Made by a program: the position numbers and the translations under genes. A stretch of DNA of 61,496 nt. Origin: Rhizaria sp. SCN 62-66 (taxonomy: Eukaryota). The notes under the pieces were generated by a model that had not been told where the DNA came from, did not search any database, and saw only the letters and a program-made list of their open reading frames with translations. Where the stretch lies: positions 62,001 through 123,496 of the forward strand of contig MEDY01000161.1 in NCBI GenBank assembly GCA_001724265.1. Direction: 5' to 3'. Below are positions 58,366 to 61,496 of the stretch, piece after piece. Positions within the stretch are counted from its first letter, which is position 1; each line of letters starts with the position of its first letter.

Positions 58366-59940
58366 TTAGAGCTCGTCCTTGAGGCCCTTAGTGGCCGGAG
58401 CGGCGTCCTCAGCAGCATCGGTGGCAGCGGCCGCAGTGGCGGCGTCCTCATCGTCGTCGTCGTCCTCGCCTTCGGCGTCGGCGTCGGCGTCGGCATCGGT
58501 GCCGTCAGTTACGACGGTGTTCTCGTCGTACTTGACCGAGAGCTCGGCGCGCTGCTGCGGCGTGAGCACGTAGACTTCGTCGACGAGCAGGGCCTTGTCC
58601 AGCGACCAGACGCCGCCCTCGCCCAGCGTGCTCTCCTGCACGGCTAGCAGCTCCTTGACGCTGGAGCTGGCGCTAGCGGAGCCACCGGCGGCAGTGGCGG
58701 CCACGGCGGCGGCGGCCTCCTTGTCCTGCTTGCTCTTGGTCAGGTCCTCAGCGACCTCGCACTTGCCCGCAAGCACGTCATGCTCCATCTCGGCGTTGTG
58801 CGACCACCAGAGGCCGAGACCGAGGTAGCGCGCGCCGACCTTGGACTTGTGGGCCTGGAGCCAGAGTGCGGGGATGTAGATGCAGTCGCCCTTGCTGAGC
58901 ACGGCCTCGTGGAACACGACCTTCATCATGCCCGGGTGCAGCGTGGCGTCAACAGCGTCGACGTTGGTGTTGACGAACTCGCCCGTCACGGGGTCCTCGG
59001 TGTCGACGGTCACAAACTCATCCGTCGTCGCCGGGTTCAGCAGCGAGAAGGTCTGCGAGCCGTCGAGCACGCAGTGCATGGCCTCGGAGTGCTCGTGGTG
59101 CAGCACTGAGCGCGCGCCGCCGGAGTTGAGGTGCAGCACGGCGCGCGAGAAGGCGGGCGCAAGCGGCGCGCACTGCAGCGAGGTGGGCAGCACCACGTCG
59201 GCCTTGAGCGAGGGCAGCAAGTCCGACACGTAGATCGGCTCGGGCAGCTCGCCGGTCGCCGTGGGGATCGTGTAGGAAGCCACAAACTGCGAGAGCGTAG
59301 AGTTGATGGGCTCCGTCAGCAGCGCGAGTGTGCGGTTTTCCTTCTTGAAGGCCTCGACGTAGGACTCGATGGTGTCGGCACCGTGCGCGGCGGCGAGGTA
59401 CGCGTCGGTCCACTTGGTGAAGGCGGGCATCGAAGCCGCGCCGCCGCGGATAATCACGGCCGCGGACTCGCGCACATACTTGGCGAAGAAGTCCGCCGGT
59501 GCGGGGAACGCAGCGAGCTCGGGCACGGGGATCTTGAGGTTGGCCGACGCGAGGGGCTTCATGTGGCCCGCCCAGGCGCGGGCCTCGTTCTGGATCGCCT
59601 CGATCTCGGCCGCGTCCATCAGGTACTCATCCTCGCCCTCCAGTCCGCCCTGCTCCGCGAGCGCGTCGAGCAGCGCGTCGCCCTCGCCCTCAGGGTAGCC
59701 ATCGCCCTCGGTCTCGACGTCGGCCTCGGGGTCAGCGTCGTCGTCCTCGTCAGCATCCGCACCGGCAGCGTCGGCGGCGTCGGTGGCGGGCTTCTTCTCG
59801 TCGGGGGAGCCCTTGTCCGTCACGGTTCCGTCAGCAACAGCAGCCGCGGCGGCAGAGGCGTCAGCAGAGACGGACACACTCGCACTGGCGAGTAGCACGA
59901 CCAGCAAGGCCACAAGCGAGAGAATCGACTTGGCACGCAT
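58366..59940 (-). CDS. ER-lumenal JmjC/cupin-like domain protein with signal peptide and KDEL, ~524 aa
   Basis: MRAKSILSLVALLVVLLASA signal peptide; FFAKYVRE..VIIRG..PAFTKWTDAYL; SVLHHE; LSKGDCIYIPALW; ends KDEL-TAA. Confidence 0.85.
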   Translation of the reverse strand: MRAKSILSLVALLVVLLASASVSVSADASAAAAAVADGTVTDKGSPDEKKPATDAADAAGADADEDDDADPEADVETEGDGYPEGEGDALLDALAEQGGLEGEDEYLMDAAEIEAIQNEARAWAGHMKPLASANLKIPVPELAAFPAPADFFAKYVRESAAVIIRGGAASMPAFTKWTDAYLAAAHGADTIESYVEAFKKENRTLALLTEPINSTLSQFVASYTIPTATGELPEPIYVSDLLPSLKADVVLPTSLQCAPLAPAFSRAVLHLNSGGARSVLHHEHSEAMHCVLDGSQTFSLLNPATTDEFVTVDTEDPVTGEFVNTNVDAVDATLHPGMMKVVFHEAVLSKGDCIYIPALWLQAHKSKVGARYLGLGLWWSHNAEMEHDVLAGKCEVAEDLTKSKQDKEAAAAVAATAAGGSASASSSVKELLAVQESTLGEGGVWSLDKALLVDEVYVLTPQQRAELSVKYDENTVVTDGTDADADADAEGEDDDDDEDAATAAAATDAAEDAAPATKGLKDEL

Positions 59941-60610
59941 TCTTTCTGAGAGTGACGTCGCATTACAAACAGAGTATAATAAAATGGGTAAATAGGCGAA
60001 CACATGAGGTTACTTGCATGCACATTTCAGGCTATTATCTCACCAGACAATCTTACAATGACTCTGTTCTTACTTCCCCCAAGCAGGCCAACATCATGAA
60101 TCAGCCCCAAATTTGCAGAAGCGTCAGAAACAAGAATGTGTTGCGAGAGCCGGTCGCGAAGCTCAAGGTTCAGGTTCAGAGGGGGCCAAGACGCGCAGCT
60201 TTGGCCAGAGATACCAGTCGTGTCATCCGCCGTAACATCTGTATTTGACTGTTTAAACCGAAAATACAACGCCGAGTCTTCGGTTCTTTATTTGATTTGG
60301 CTCCGCGCGCTGATTGAACATCACTACTGTGGCCGTTTCGATCACTGACATTGTCTTCGTGGCCACTTTGAGTTTCTGTCCCTCCATAGCCACATCGAAA
60401 TCTTACACTTCAAGCTGTATTCTGTCGCACACCTACAAAACGCTCACCATTTTTACTTTCTATGCGTACACTCTGTTTCCCCTGACCTATCTAACAGAAA
60501 ACGCAGGTTTCACTCCTCTCTTGTGTTCCACCTCCTGACGTGCAACTTGCTACCAACCCGCGCACTCGCACCTTTAACACCTGTCCACAAAACAGCTCTT
60601 TTCTCTTGCG

Positions 60611-61496
60611 ATGTCTTCACACCCCGGCGCTGCGCCGCCGCCGCTCGCTGCACTAGGCTCCCCCTTGCCGCCCGGCTGGGAGCGCCTGACCGACAAGTGG
60701 GGGCGCATCTATTACGCCAACCATACAACAGGTGTTACCACGTGGGACCGTCCTGCGCCCGCCAGCGACACCGCACACAACAACGGTGCCAACGGCAATA
60801 CCGGTGACACGGCTGAGGTTGAGGGCGTGATGCCGAGAGACCCCCCGAGCCTGGCGCCGCCCTCGCTCCACGCCACGAACGCGCAGCAGGACCAGGAGGG
60901 CGCGCCCCACACGGCCCGCAGCGACGCGAGCGCCAGCAGCGCGCACACGCGCGCCAGCGCCGGCGCCAACACGGCGCGCGTGAGTCCCGCCGCGTCCCCG
61001 ACCCAGACCGCCGCGGCGGCCCCGCTCGCCGGCGCCGCTGCCGGCAAGGACGCCCCGCCTTCGTACGACTCGGCCGTCGTCGCCCCGGGGCCCAGCAGCG
61101 ACGCCGGCGCGGGCCCCGAGTTGTATCCCTACAATCCCCAGAGCGGCAACAACAACAACGCCGGCAGGAACGGTGGGGGCAGCAGCAGCCTGAGCGGTGG
61201 CGGCGGCATGATGGTGGAGCTGGACGGCACGCGCGGCTACGTGAGCGCGACCTCGATCCAGGTCACCGCGGCTTACGGCGGCGCCGGCGTCGGCTATGCG
61301 GGACCCTACCCCTCTTTGGACGCCACGCAGAGCGCCATGCTCGCTATGGCCAACGCGCAGCGGAACCAGGGCGCCGTGGCCGCGGGCCAATATGGCCCCG
61401 CCGCCGAGGTCACGGCGGCCTACGCGGGCAACCTCGCCGCGGCGGGCAACGGCCGCGGGCTCTTCAACCTGGCGCCAATGCAGGTCGCCGTGGGCC
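60611..61496 (+). CDS. WW-domain protein, 5' part (runs off the window)
   Basis: From ATG 60611: PLPPGWERLTDKWGRIYYANHTTGVTTWDRP is a canonical WW domain. The frame stays open to the window end and includes a PPSY motif. Confidence 0.85.
   Translation, partial: MSSHPGAAPPPLAALGSPLPPGWERLTDKWGRIYYANHTTGVTTWDRPAPASDTAHNNGANGNTGDTAEVEGVMPRDPPSLAPPSLHATNAQQDQEGAPHTARSDASASSAHTRASAGANTARVSPAASPTQTAAAAPLAGAAAGKDAPPSYDSAVVAPGPSSDAGAGPELYPYNPQSGNNNNAGRNGGGSSSLSGGGGMMVELDGTRGYVSATSIQVTAAYGGAGVGYAGPYPSLDATQSAMLAMANAQRNQGAVAAGQYGPAAEVTAAYAGNLAAAGNGRGLFNLAPMQVAVG

Noticed and set aside
1-61496. tRNA (especially CUA anticodon), rRNA, snoRNA or CRISPR array
   Set aside because: No cloverleaf, rRNA-like segment, complete C/D pair or repeat-spacer array was seen by eye in the spacers and introns I examined. 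A tRNAscan-SE/Infernal run is needed to exclude them.

Overview
Gene-dense nuclear DNA from a flagellated eukaryote (it encodes CCDC40). It is probably a protist, but the lineage cannot be assigned from this window. Exons are GC-rich and full of Ala/Ser/Gly low-complexity tracts. Introns (mostly 134-186 bp, dominant donor GTACGT) and intergenic spacers are AT-rich. I built 19 complete gene models by hand plus one partial gene: 7TM-pseudokinase, 3xcNMP-RGS protein, Crinkler/RHS-type NTPase-REase, CBM48 protein, multipass membrane protein, D2HGDH, CWF19L2, giant MTRFR-like protein, an unknown 4-exon gene, GH47 mannosidase, RLP7, CutA, NDUFA4/B12D, mL50, CCDC40, ankyrin protein, a survivin-helix-like microprotein, FKBP15, an ER JmjC protein and a WW protein. 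There is also a decayed pogo-like DDE fragment and a long RNA-type hairpin. Main finding: the organism appears to use a non-standard nuclear genetic code with UAG as a sense codon while UAA and UGA remain stops. Six in-frame TAGs interrupt three otherwise intact genes, including one just before a Walker A motif and one inside a mitochondrial presequence. None of the 19 gene models ends in TAG (13 TGA, 6 TAA). The amino acid (Gln favoured, Leu not excluded) cannot be fixed from this window. All domain calls come from motif recognition by eye, not database searches.
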